A DNA stretch of 60,743 bases from Elusimicrobiales bacterium. GTDB taxonomy: Bacteria > Elusimicrobiota > Elusimicrobia > Elusimicrobiales > UBA9959. The notes under the pieces were generated by a model. That model saw only the letters and a program-made list of their open reading frames with translations, was not told where the DNA came from and searched no databases. How positions within the stretch are numbered: the stretch's first letter is position 1; each line of letters begins with the position of its first letter. This document shows, in pieces, positions 15,938 through 24,875 of this stretch. Position numbers and translations under genes: made by a program. The DNA lies in contig JBBRDG010000005.1 of assembly GCA_038204165.1 (NCBI GenBank), forward strand, positions 1-60,743. The letters run 5' to 3'.

Positions 15938-16465
15938 ATGAGCGTTTCTTCGCATCTTAATCCCGAGCCGGAACGGCGGCTCTGGATAATACACGAGAAT
16001 CTCCGGCGCACGGTGGAATGGACGGACCTTAAGCTAGGGGCGCTTACGGCCTTCGCCGCGCTGCAGCTGGCCCTGGTTAGATATCTTTGGCCGGACGGCC
16101 CGGTAACCTACCCGGTCATGGCGCTACTGGCCGTCATTTTGCCGCTGGGCATATTAGCCCTATCCCCTTTGATAGAGATACCTATCCGCACTCCGCTGCT
16201 GGAGCCTAGCCCCGACAAGCTAGCCCCTATAGAGTCGCTGCTGGAGTCCTCTGATATTTCAAAACATCCGCAGGTGGAACTGGTCAACCGCCTGGACAAG
16301 TACCTGGGCGGAGGGATAACCGCTACTCCTTATTATGAAGATATTGTGGGGCAGATAGTGATAAACGCCAGGTTGGTTTCCCGTAAGCGCCGGTTGCTGA
16401 TAGCCGGCTGCGCGCTGGCAGGTGTGGTTCAATTGGCCCTGCTGGGGCAGGTACTCTGGCGTTAG
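15938..16465 (+). CDS. Small 3-TM membrane protein (possibly DUF5706 / Pycsar-effector-like)
   Basis: Two N-terminal TM helices (LGALTAFAALQLALV, YPVMALLAVILPLGILAL) and one C-terminal helix (LLIAGCALAGVVQLALLG). The head RTVEWTDLKLGAL and the soluble loop YYEDIVGQIVINARLVSRKRR match the family from memory only. Confidence 0.45.
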   Translation: MSVSSHLNPEPERRLWIIHENLRRTVEWTDLKLGALTAFAALQLALVRYLWPDGPVTYPVMALLAVILPLGILALSPLIEIPIRTPLLEPSPDKLAPIESLLESSDISKHPQVELVNRLDKYLGGGITATPYYEDIVGQIVINARLVSRKRRLLIAGCALAGVVQLALLGQVLWR

Positions 16466-16482
16466 GTTTTATCCGCTTTAAA

Positions 16483-16522
16483 TAAAAAACCCCGGCAGCT
16501 TAAAGCGGCCGGGGTTCTTTTT
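16483..16522. terminator. Bidirectional intrinsic terminator
   Basis: 9-bp stem aaccccggc/gccggggtt, with an A-run upstream and cttttttg downstream. It lies between convergent genes. Confidence 0.8.
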
Positions 16523-16535
16523 TGCGGTTGCCTTT

Positions 16536-16964
16536 TTATTTCTTAGGCATTTCCGGCTTGGCCAGCTTTTTGGCCATTTTGGGATGATCTTTCTTGAACT
16601 GCTCGATCTCGGCCTTGTTGGCCTTCTCGAGGTCCTTAATAATGGCTTTCTGCTGGGCTTTCTTGGCTTCCACGGCCTTCATGATGTCCGCGCGGGAAGA
16701 TTTGCCTTTCATGCTCTCACGCAGGTTCTTGATCTCGTCGATGTTGCTCTTCTTGAGGGTGGCGACAGCGTCAATGTGTTTCTTGCGCAGTTCTTCCATG
16801 GTCATTGCGGGGGCCGCGGCTACAACGGCAGGGGCGGCGACAGTGGCCGGGGCGGCGGGCGCGGCAACGGCGGGCTGGGCTGCAGGGGCCGCAGCGGGAT
16901 TATTCTGGGCGTTTACTACGGTTCCAAGGCAGGCTAAGAAGGCTAAGGCGAATATGCTTTTCAT
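16536..16964 (-). CDS. Secreted protein with an Ala/Pro-rich region and a Lys-rich helical C-terminus (hypothetical)
   Basis: Signal peptide MKSIFALAFLACLGTVVNA. Low-complexity PAAAPAAQPAVAAPAAPATVAAP is followed by charged helical KKAQQKAIIKDLEKANKAEIEQFKK. The RBS gaggag lies upstream. Confidence 0.6.
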   Translation of the reverse strand: MKSIFALAFLACLGTVVNAQNNPAAAPAAQPAVAAPAAPATVAAPAVVAAAPAMTMEELRKKHIDAVATLKKSNIDEIKNLRESMKGKSSRADIMKAVEAKKAQQKAIIKDLEKANKAEIEQFKKDHPKMAKKLAKPEMPKK

Positions 16965-17045
16965 TTATTTTTCTCCTCGTAATTTAGTGTTTTACTGATA
17001 AAGTTATCCTAGCATAAACCATTGTAGCTCTGCATACCAGCAGGG

Positions 17046-17474
17046 TCAGTAGCTGTATTCCGGGATTCCTTCGGAGTTCTTATGCTTGCAGTTAAGTACC
17101 AGCGCGCCCATGGTTTCGGGGTATTTTTCTGAATTGTAGTAAGCGAAACCGCCGGCGTCGTCCAGGTTCTCCGGGGCGAGAACCTTTGCCTGTATGTATT
17201 TTACCGCGCTAGAGGCGGTATGGCCGGGGATTTTAACTTTCGGCAATTCTTTGAGGTACTTGCCTTCGCCCACCAGATCATTAAGGTTGGCGGGGTATTT
17301 GCCTTCGTTGGCGCCGTAATAGGCCTGGATGGCGTTCCTTATCGCCGTGAGCTCCGCGGGGGGCGGGGCAGCGAGTTTTTTGCCGGGGACCTCCGGCGTT
17401 TTTTTGCAGGCTGCCAGACCGGCGGCTGCCGTCAGCGCCAGAATTACTACAGATAACTTGAATATGTTCTTCAT
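17046..17474 (-). CDS. Lipoprotein with a pseudopilin-like (GspG/type IV pilin-fold-like) body
   Basis: Lipobox LAAC. The segment LTAIRNAIQAYYGANEGKYPANLNDLV ... YLKELP resembles the pilin globular-domain head. No class III (prepilin) signal is present. Confidence 0.5.
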   Translation of the reverse strand: MKNIFKLSVVILALTAAAGLAACKKTPEVPGKKLAAPPPAELTAIRNAIQAYYGANEGKYPANLNDLVGEGKYLKELPKVKIPGHTASSAVKYIQAKVLAPENLDDAGGFAYYNSEKYPETMGALVLNCKHKNSEGIPEYSY

Positions 17475-17508
17475 TGTTTTCTCCTTAAGAGGCCTTACGT
17501 TTAACTGA

Positions 17509-19998
17509 CTAAAGCCATTTGTGCCTGGGGTAGCGGCGGGCCAGCGCCGGTTTTAACTTGGGGTAGCTTTCCGCCCAGAAACTTTTCAGGTCTTTCGTAA
17601 CCTGCACGGGGCGCATAGAGGGCGCCAGGATATGCACTACCAGCGGCACCCGGTCCGCGGCTATCCTGGGCGTTTCGCTGAGCTGAAAGAGGTCCTGGAT
17701 CTTGGCCTCAAGAAAGGGCTCGCCGTTCTTAGGGTAGCGTATTTTTGCCCTGCGCCCGCCGGGCATTTCCAGCCGGGCCGGGGCGTGCTTGTCTATCAGG
17801 CGGTTCTTGTCCCAGCCGAACCATTCCTGCAGCACCGGCAGCACCGGGCGGCCTTTGGCCTCGGCTACGCTGCGCGCGCCTGAGCAAATTTCAGCGATCA
17901 CCAACTTAAGGTCTTCTTCCGTAAGGGGGGCTATGTCTAAATCCGGGCAGGCTCTGGCCAGGAATTCCACCCTGGCCAGCCAGTCCTCCACGTCCTCGTC
18001 CCACTTCTGCAGTTTCTGGTTGCCGCTTAGGAATTCTTCAGCTATCAGGTCTGAAGACGGCTTGCTCGGGCGGGCGGTGGTCACTTCGCGGCGGATAATC
18101 ACGTCGCGGTAGAGCGTGAGGTTCTCGGTGACCGGGGTCAGCATCTGCTCGTCCAGCGCCGGCCTGGAAAGAGTCGTTATTTCTGCCGGGAAAGCTTCGC
18201 GCAGCCATTCTTCCTTTATCTCGGCGGCGAGGGAGAGCGTTATGTCGGCGCCGTTGCGCTGCTGGCTTTCCATGGCCTCGCCTGCGCAGATCAGCGGGGC
18301 ACCGGCGGCCGCGCTCTTGGGGTTTAAGCGGGCCCGCCTGCCGCCGGGGAGCTGGTAGCGGCCGCGCTCGGCGGAGAATAGCGCGCCTACGCGGTCGGGA
18401 AAAGCGCGCAGGAAACATTGCGAGGCCAGCGCTATTTCACGCGGGCCGCCGGGCATTGCCCGGCCGGCCAGCCTGCCGGCGAGCTTCCAGGCGTCGCGGG
18501 CCGCGGCGGGTTTCAGACCGGCGCGCTGGCAGGCATAGGGGTCGAAATTCGAGGCATGGCAGCGCTCCAGCGCTTTTATTACCGCCGCCAGGTCGGAGCG
18601 CGGGCCGCTGCCGCTCCTGGCCTCGGGGCCGGCTTCGTTCAGCCACAATGCGCGGCCCTGCGCCGCGGCGGCTATCAGCGCGCATTCGTAGGCGCAACCC
18701 AGCCGTGCGCCTTCCGCCATCATGCGGGAATAGCGCGGGTGCAGCGGGTAGCCCGCCATTGCCCGGCCTTCCGTGGTCAGGTTTCCATCCTTATCGGTCG
18801 CGCCCAGGTCCCTGAGCAGGCGCTCGGCGCGCGCGGCGTCTTCCCCCGCCGGCGGGTCCAGCCAGCGCAGCGTGGCGAAATCCTTGAAGCCGCAGGCTTT
18901 CAGCGTAAGCAGCGCCTCGCTGACGTCCAGGCGCAGGATCTCGGGTTCCAGCGCGGCGGGCCGGCTGGCGTTGTCGCGCTCGGTCCACAGGCGCGCGCAA
19001 ACGCCGGGCGCGGTGCGGCCGGCGCGGCCGGTCCTCTGCGCGGCGGAGGGCCCGGCGACGTTTTCGGTGAAAAGGGTGTTTATGCCGCGCGCCCCGTCGT
19101 AGCGGGCGATTCTGGCCAGGCCGCTGTCCACCACGGCTGTTACGCCCTCTATGGTAAGCGAGGTTTCCGCGATGTTGGTGGCGATTATGATTTTGCGCTT
19201 CGCTGAAGGTGCCACCGCGGCGTCCTGGGCGGAGGGGGGCATGTCCCCGTGCAGCGGCATTACGGAAAAATCTGAAAGGGCGGGAATGGCCGCTATTGCG
19301 GCGGCTGTGCGGCTTATCTCGTAAGCGCCGGGCATGAAGACCAGTGCGTGGCCTTCTTTTACGGCGGGCATGACCTGCGCGCAGGTTTTGGCGGCGGCTT
19401 CCCAGGCCGGCAGCTTCGCCAGGTCGGGGCCGCAGTAGACTACCTTGACCGGGTACACGGTGCCCTGGGCCAGCACCGTTTCGCACGGCGCCAGGTAGGC
19501 GGCCAGGGCTTTCTCGTCCAGCGTGGCGGACATAACTACTATAAGGAGGTCGGGCCTGGGGCCTTGCTGCAGCGCCAGGCAGGCCGCCAGCGTGATGTCG
19601 CCGTGGATATGGCGTTCGTGGAATTCATCCAGGATGATGGCTGAATAGTTGGAAAGCAGCGGGTCCGAGACCAGCTCGCGCAGCAGGATGCCCTCGGTCT
19701 CGAAGATGATCCGGCTTTTGGGGCCGGTCCGGTCCTCGAAGCGCACGCGGTAGCCCACCTCGCCGCCCGCCGTGCCGCCGCGCTCTTTCGCCACGCGGTC
19801 GGCCAGCATGCGCGCGGCCAGGCGCCGCGGCTCCAGCACCGCTATGCGGCCTTTAAGCGCGCCGGAATCCAGCAGCAGCTGGGGGACCTTGGTGGATTTA
19901 CCGGAGCCGGGAGGTGAGGAAATGATCAGCCTGCGGCTTTTGGCCGCGGCTTTAAGGATGCGCTCCGCGCTCTGCAGTATGGGAAGCCGTTCTGTCAC
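17509..19998 (-). CDS. hrpB: ATP-dependent RNA helicase HrpB (DEAH box)
   Basis: Walker A SPPGSGKST, DEFHERH box, SATL, TNIAETSLTIEG, QRTGRAGR. The C-terminal HrpB-type extension and the length (829 aa) fit. Confidence 0.9.
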   Translation of the reverse strand: MTERLPILQSAERILKAAAKSRRLIISSPPGSGKSTKVPQLLLDSGALKGRIAVLEPRRLAARMLADRVAKERGGTAGGEVGYRVRFEDRTGPKSRIIFETEGILLRELVSDPLLSNYSAIILDEFHERHIHGDITLAACLALQQGPRPDLLIVVMSATLDEKALAAYLAPCETVLAQGTVYPVKVVYCGPDLAKLPAWEAAAKTCAQVMPAVKEGHALVFMPGAYEISRTAAAIAAIPALSDFSVMPLHGDMPPSAQDAAVAPSAKRKIIIATNIAETSLTIEGVTAVVDSGLARIARYDGARGINTLFTENVAGPSAAQRTGRAGRTAPGVCARLWTERDNASRPAALEPEILRLDVSEALLTLKACGFKDFATLRWLDPPAGEDAARAERLLRDLGATDKDGNLTTEGRAMAGYPLHPRYSRMMAEGARLGCAYECALIAAAAQGRALWLNEAGPEARSGSGPRSDLAAVIKALERCHASNFDPYACQRAGLKPAAARDAWKLAGRLAGRAMPGGPREIALASQCFLRAFPDRVGALFSAERGRYQLPGGRRARLNPKSAAAGAPLICAGEAMESQQRNGADITLSLAAEIKEEWLREAFPAEITTLSRPALDEQMLTPVTENLTLYRDVIIRREVTTARPSKPSSDLIAEEFLSGNQKLQKWDEDVEDWLARVEFLARACPDLDIAPLTEEDLKLVIAEICSGARSVAEAKGRPVLPVLQEWFGWDKNRLIDKHAPARLEMPGGRRAKIRYPKNGEPFLEAKIQDLFQLSETPRIAADRVPLVVHILAPSMRPVQVTKDLKSFWAESYPKLKPALARRYPRHKWL

Positions 19999-20007
19999 GC
20001 TTACATT

Positions 20008-20772
20008 CTATAAATTAGAGGGGCTCCAATCATATTTGGCTTCGGCGAAGAAGGCGGCGTGGTCGGAAATGTCTTTCCACGGGCCTTTGTTGAGGACCTG
20101 CGCTTTAAGTACTTTAAAGCCGCGCAGGTAGATCCTGTCCAGCGGGAAAACCGGCAGCAGGGCGGGGAAAGTGCGGAGCTTCCTCCCGTGGAGTTCCAAC
20201 CCGGCGTCCTTCATCAGCAGGCGCGTTTCCAGCACATCCTTCTTGCTCTTGCTCCATTCGTTGAAATCTCCGGCCACTATTACCGGCTCCGTGTCCGGCA
20301 CCACGCGCTGGATGTATTCAACTATCTTCAGGAACTGTTTGCGCCGGGAAACGCCGAGCAGTCCGAGGTGCACGCAAACGCAGTGCAGCGGCAGCTTGCC
20401 TTCGGGCAGCTTCACCTTGGCGTACAGCAGGCCGCGGTGCTCCACGCGGTTGGTGGAGATATCCGCTTTTTCAGAATGAAGGATAGGGAAGCGGGAGAGA
20501 ATGGCGTTGCCGTGGTGCCCGGCGGTGTAGACCGCGTTTTTGCCGTAGGCGTGGCTGAAGCCGGACTTTTCCGCCAGGTACTCGTGCTGGGGTTTTACCG
20601 GCCAATGAAAATATTTGCGGGCCTGGCGGATGTTCTGCCCTACCACTTCCTGCAGGAAAACTATGTCCGCGCCGGTGGAGTGCACGCAGTCGCGCAGCTC
20701 GGGGAGCGCGAAGCGTTTATTAAGCGTGGAAAAGCCTTTGTGGGCGTTAATGGTGAGGAGGCTGAGCTTCAT
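20008..20772 (-). CDS. Endonuclease/exonuclease/phosphatase (EEP) family protein
   Basis: MKLSLLTINAHKG ... ADIVFLQEV ... VIVAGDFNEW ... SDHAAF. Start at ATG 20772. The gene ends 9 nt before the hrpB start, so the two are likely co-transcribed. Confidence 0.8.
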   Translation of the reverse strand: MKLSLLTINAHKGFSTLNKRFALPELRDCVHSTGADIVFLQEVVGQNIRQARKYFHWPVKPQHEYLAEKSGFSHAYGKNAVYTAGHHGNAILSRFPILHSEKADISTNRVEHRGLLYAKVKLPEGKLPLHCVCVHLGLLGVSRRKQFLKIVEYIQRVVPDTEPVIVAGDFNEWSKSKKDVLETRLLMKDAGLELHGRKLRTFPALLPVFPLDRIYLRGFKVLKAQVLNKGPWKDISDHAAFFAEAKYDWSPSNL

Positions 20773-20785
20773 GCGGTTATGATAC

Positions 20786-20815
20786 AAAAAAAAGCCCGGG
20801 TTTTTAGCCCGGGCT
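20786..20815 (-). terminator. Intrinsic terminator of ahcY
   Basis: On the minus strand: agcccgggc-taaaaac-ccgggct followed by an 8-T run. Confidence 0.8.
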
Positions 20816-20832
20816 CGCGCCGCAGTATAAGT

Positions 20833-20867
20833 GAGGCTCAACCTCAAACTCCCCGAGGTTGAGCCTC
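20833..20867 (-). other. Perfect 13-bp stem-loop immediately downstream of ahcY
   Basis: Arms gaggctcaacctc (20833-20845) and gaggttgagcctc (20855-20867) with a 9-nt loop. Confidence 0.7.
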
Positions 20868-20883
20868 CTCCCTGCCGAACGGC

Positions 20884-22317
20884 TCAGTAGCGGTAATGGT
20901 CGGATTTGTAAGGACCTTCCACTTTTACGCCGATGTATTCGGCCTGTTCCTTGGAGAGCTTGGTCAGCTTCACGCCGATCTTCGCCAGGTGCAGGCGGGC
21001 CACTTCTTCGTCCAGGTGTTTGGGCAGGCGGGTAACGCCTATTTCCATTTTCTTGGTCCACAGTTCGAGCTGGGCCAGGGTCTGGTTGGTGAAGGAGTTG
21101 CTCATTACGAACGAGGGATGGCCCTTGGCGCAGCCCAGGTTCACCAGGCGCCCCTGCGCCAGCACGTAGATGGCGCGGCCGGAGGGCAGGTCGTAGCGGT
21201 CTACCTGCGGCTTAATGTTAACCTGCTTCACGCCCTTGGCCTTGTTCAGCGCGGCCATCTGGATCTCGTCGTCGAAATGGCCGATATTGCAGACAATGGC
21301 CTGATCCTTCATCTTGAGCATGTGCTCCAGCTTGATGATGTCGCGGTTGCCGGTGGTGGTGACGTAGATGTCGCCTTCACCGAGCGTGTCTTCCACGGTC
21401 TTCACTTCGAAGCCTTCCATGGCGGCCTGCAGGGCGCAGATCGGGTCTATCTCGGTTACGATCACGCGCGCGCCGAAGCCGTGCATGGAGCGGGCGCAGC
21501 CTTTGCCCACGTCGCCGTAGCCGCAGACCACTACCACTTTACCGGCTATCATCACGTCGGTGGCGCGCTTGATGCCGTCGGCCAGGGATTCGCGACAGCC
21601 GTAGAGGTTGTCGAACTTGGACTTGGTCACGGAATCATTCACGTTGATGGCGGGCACCATCAGGGTGCCGGCCTCGTGCATCTGGTACAGGCGGTGCACG
21701 CCGGTAGTGGTCTCTTCGGAGACGCCCTTCCAGTCCTTCACGGCGGTATGCCAGCGGCCGGGGGTTTTCTTTAAGATGGCTTTGAGGGAGAGGTTAAGCT
21801 CGGTCTCGTCCTCGGTGGTGGTCTTAACGTCGAGGATCTTGGCGTTGTCCTCGGCCGCGAAGCCGCGGTGCAGCATCATGGTGGCGTCGCCGCCGTCGTC
21901 CACTATCAGGTGGGGGCCTTTGCCGCCGCCGAAGTCCAGGGCCTTCTCGGTGCACCACCAGTATTCGGCCAGCGTCTCGCCCTTCCAGGCGAACACGGGA
22001 ATGCCGGTGGCGGCAATGGCCGCGGCGGCCTGGTCGCTGGTAGAGTAAATGTTGCAGGAGCACCAGCGCACTTCGGCGCCCAGCGCGGACAGCGTCTCTA
22101 TCAGCACGGCGGTCTGGGTGGTCATGTGGAGGGAGCCCATTACGCGCGCGCCCTTAAGGGGTTTTTTGGCCGCGAACTTTTCGCGGAGGGCCATCAGGCC
22201 CGGCATTTCTTTTTCCGCTATCTCTATTTCGCGGCGGCCTAAGGCGGCCAGGCTCATGTCTTTAACTTTAAAGTCGTTCTTCATGGTCTTAGGTTTCTCC
22301 TTGGTTATTGCGGGCAT
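20884..22317 (-). CDS. ahcY: Adenosylhomocysteinase
   Basis: [33 protein letters not shown]-binding [12 protein letters not shown], and the C-terminal YR(Y) tail. Start at ATG 22317 behind the RBS ggagggaggg. Confidence 0.93.
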   Translation of the reverse strand: MPAITKEKPKTMKNDFKVKDMSLAALGRREIEIAEKEMPGLMALREKFAAKKPLKGARVMGSLHMTTQTAVLIETLSALGAEVRWCSCNIYSTSDQAAAAIAATGIPVFAWKGETLAEYWWCTEKALDFGGGKGPHLIVDDGGDATMMLHRGFAAEDNAKILDVKTTTEDETELNLSLKAILKKTPGRWHTAVKDWKGVSEETTTGVHRLYQMHEAGTLMVPAINVNDSVTKSKFDNLYGCRESLADGIKRATDVMIAGKVVVVCGYGDVGKGCARSMHGFGARVIVTEIDPICALQAAMEGFEVKTVEDTLGEGDIYVTTTGNRDIIKLEHMLKMKDQAIVCNIGHFDDEIQMAALNKAKGVKQVNIKPQVDRYDLPSGRAIYVLAQGRLVNLGCAKGHPSFVMSNSFTNQTLAQLELWTKKMEIGVTRLPKHLDEEVARLHLAKIGVKLTKLSKEQAEYIGVKVEGPYKSDHYRY

Positions 22318-22402
22318 AGTCCCTCCCTCCAAATTATTTATCAAGTATAACTTTTTACCGGCCGCCAGGGAAAGGAACCCGCCGGTTTTGTACAATTGAT
22401 GC

Positions 22403-23110
22403 ATGCGCAACCGTAAACTGCTCCTTGCCCTGGCTCTTTCCCTCTTTGTCCCGTTCTCGCTCTTCGCCGAAGAATGGGTGATTCCGCGTACTACCTATTA
22501 CATAACCGCCGATCAGCAGAAGTTCCCGGATTTCCCGGCCCCGCCGGCCGCCGGCTCGAAGGCGGATCTTAAGGACCTGGCCGCGGTAAAGGACTGGCAG
22601 CAGAAGCGCACTAAAGAACAATGCGCCAAAGCGGCCGCCGGCGCCCACGCCGCCTACGAGGAATTCTTCGGCGATATCAGCCCCTTCCCGGCGCCGCTGC
22701 CGGAAGCCGCGGCTGTTATCTTCAGGCGCGTAAAGACCGAGACCGACGGGGCCGCCGCCGACGTTAAAGGTGTGTTCAAAAGGCAGCGGCCTTTCCTGCG
22801 CGACTCCTCGCTTGACCCCTGCCTGGGCAGGCTGGGCGGGCTTTCCTATCCCAGCGGGCACGCCACCATCTCGCGCCTGTTCGCGCTGATGCTGGCGGAC
22901 CTGGCGCCTTCGCGGAAGAAGGAATTCTTCGCCCGGGCCGACGAAGCCGCGCTGGACCGCGTGATCGGCGGCGTGCATCACCCTTCCGACATTCAGGCGG
23001 GTAAACTGCTGGCGGAGAAACTTTACCGGGCCTATAAGAAGAGCCCCGCTTTCCGCGCCGACATGAAAACGCTGCGCGCTCTTCTGGTAAGGGAAGGAGC
23101 CGCCAGGTGA
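22403..23110 (+). CDS. PAP2-family (class A acid phosphatase-like) secreted phosphatase
   Basis: Signal peptide. PAP2 motifs [22 protein letters not shown]. Confidence 0.8.
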   Translation: MRNRKLLLALALSLFVPFSLFAEEWVIPRTTYYITADQQKFPDFPAPPAAGSKADLKDLAAVKDWQQKRTKEQCAKAAAGAHAAYEEFFGDISPFPAPLPEAAAVIFRRVKTETDGAAADVKGVFKRQRPFLRDSSLDPCLGRLGGLSYPSGHATISRLFALMLADLAPSRKKEFFARADEAALDRVIGGVHHPSDIQAGKLLAEKLYRAYKKSPAFRADMKTLRALLVREGAAR

Positions 23111-24507
23111 AGGACCTTACCGTAGGCAGCGAGGGCAGGCTGCTCTGGAACTTCACCGTGCCGATGTTGATAGGCAATGTGTTCCAGCAGTCGTATAACC
23201 TGGTGGACAGCATTGTGGTGGGCAGGGCCATAGGCAAAGCCGCGCTGGCGGCCGTTGGGGCCAGCTTTCCTATCATCTTTCTGCTGGTCTCTTTGATCAT
23301 CGGCGCCACTATGGGTTTCTCCATCCTGATCTCGCAGTTCTTCGGCGCCAAGGATCTGGTTCGGGTGCGCCGAACCATAGACACCGCCTATCTCTTCTTG
23401 TTCTTCGCCTCGTTGCTGATGACCGGACTGGGGCTGGCCTTCGCCGGGCGCATTCTGGTGCTGCTCAATACCCCCGCGGAGATCCTGCCCCAGGCGCTGA
23501 CCTACCTGCGCATCACCTTCGGCGGGCTGATCTTCCTGTTCGGCTACAACTCGGTTAGCGCTGTGCTGCGCGGCCTCGGCGATTCCAAGACGCCGCTCTA
23601 CTTCCTGGTTTTTTCCACGCTGCTCAATGTCGCGCTGGTTATGCTCTTCGTCACTGTCCTGCACTGGGGCATAGCCGGCTCTGCGTGGGCTACCGTTATA
23701 GCGCAGGCCTTTTCCTTCCTGTTGGCCGTAATTTACCTTAATAAAACCCACAAGGTGCTTAAGTTCAGGCTAAAGGGTTACAAATTTGACAGCGACATTC
23801 TAAAAAAAAGTCTGGCTATAGGCCTGCCCTCGGGTGTGCAGAACATGCTGGTGGCCGGCGGCATGATGGCGGTGACCAGGCTGGTGAACGGTTTCGGCAC
23901 GGACGCTATAGCGGCATTTACGGCTGCCGGGCGCGTGGATACCTTCGCGGTAATGCCGGCCATGAGCCTTTCGATGGCCATTTCCACTTTTGTAGGGCAG
24001 AACATCGGCGCAGGCAAGATGGAGCGGGTAAAAAAAGGGCTTAAAGCCGCGCTGTATATTTCAGGCGTCACTTCGCTGCTCACCACGCTGGCCGTAGTTA
24101 TTTTCGGCTGGCACCTGGTCTCCATGTTCAACTCGGACCCGGCCGTGGTCGCTATCGGCAGCCGGTACCTTCTTATAGTAGGCGGCTTCTATATAGTATT
24201 CTCCAGCATGTTCGTAGTGAACGGCGCGCTGCGCGGGGCGGGGGATACCTTCGTTCCGATGATCTTTACTGTTATCGCTTTATGGCTGATCAGGGTGCCC
24301 GTTTCGGTCTACTTGAGCGAGCGTATCGGCACCGACGGGATCTGGTGGGGGATGCCCGCGGCCTGGGTGGCGGGGTTGGCGCTTTCCGTTTTGTATTACA
24401 GCACCGGCCGCTGGAAGCGCCTGGCGGCGGTGAAGCCGCCGCCGGAACCAGTTCAGGCGGAGCAGCCGGAGGAAGAGGAAGCGGAGTGGAACGTTTCTAA
24501 ATTTTAG
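23107..24507 (+). CDS. MATE family efflux transporter
   Basis: 12-TM profile. The N-terminus LWNFTVPMLIGNVFQQSYNLVDSIVVGR is typical of MATE. The GTG start overlaps the PAP2 stop. Confidence 0.85.
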   Translation: MKDLTVGSEGRLLWNFTVPMLIGNVFQQSYNLVDSIVVGRAIGKAALAAVGASFPIIFLLVSLIIGATMGFSILISQFFGAKDLVRVRRTIDTAYLFLFFASLLMTGLGLAFAGRILVLLNTPAEILPQALTYLRITFGGLIFLFGYNSVSAVLRGLGDSKTPLYFLVFSTLLNVALVMLFVTVLHWGIAGSAWATVIAQAFSFLLAVIYLNKTHKVLKFRLKGYKFDSDILKKSLAIGLPSGVQNMLVAGGMMAVTRLVNGFGTDAIAAFTAAGRVDTFAVMPAMSLSMAISTFVGQNIGAGKMERVKKGLKAALYISGVTSLLTTLAVVIFGWHLVSMFNSDPAVVAIGSRYLLIVGGFYIVFSSMFVVNGALRGAGDTFVPMIFTVIALWLIRVPVSVYLSERIGTDGIWWGMPAAWVAGLALSVLYYSTGRWKRLAAVKPPPEPVQAEQPEEEEAEWNVSKF

Positions 24508-24515
24508 GGGGAGCT

Positions 24516-24875
24516 ATGGGCGATAACGACAGGCTGGTCTATTCTACGGGTCCCGACGGTAAGGTTAACTGTCCCAACTGCGGCAAGACGCCCTGCGAGT
24601 GCGCCGAGGGCCTGGCCGGGGAAGTGCGCAAGCGGACGCAGACCGAGCCGGTGCGCGTCTCTTTCCGCAAGACCGGCAAGGGCAGCGGACTGACTCTGGT
24701 CGAGAAGCTGCCGATGCACCCGGCAGGCAAGGAAGAGCTGCTGTCTAAATTTAAAAAGCGGCTGGGCGCCGGCGGAGCGGTAAAGCAGGGCGTGCTGGAG
24801 ATCCAGGGCGACCGCAGGGCTTTCGTCAAGACGGAGTTGGAGGCCGCGGGTTATAAGGTGCGGCTGATCGGTTAA
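24516..24875 (+). CDS. yciH: SUI1/eIF1-family translation initiation factor (YciH-like)
   Basis: The VRVSFRKTGKGSGLTLVEKL ... KKRLGAGGAVKQGVLEIQGDRR ... GYKV pattern matches SUI1. Confidence 0.8.
   Translation: MGDNDRLVYSTGPDGKVNCPNCGKTPCECAEGLAGEVRKRTQTEPVRVSFRKTGKGSGLTLVEKLPMHPAGKEELLSKFKKRLGAGGAVKQGVLEIQGDRRAFVKTELEAAGYKVRLIG

Noticed and set aside
20773-20847. Longer EEP protein starting at TTG 20847.
   Set aside because: That start codon lies inside the 13-bp hairpin arm, and the extension would be translated through the ahcY terminator. ATG 20772 gives the canonical EEP N-terminus MKLSLLTINAHKG.
22318-22402. SAH riboswitch upstream of ahcY.
   Set aside because: The spacer is only 85 nt and is shared with the PAP2 promoter. 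It contains one simple hairpin and lacks the conserved SAH-element strands (e.g. ...CAACGGCGCUC...).
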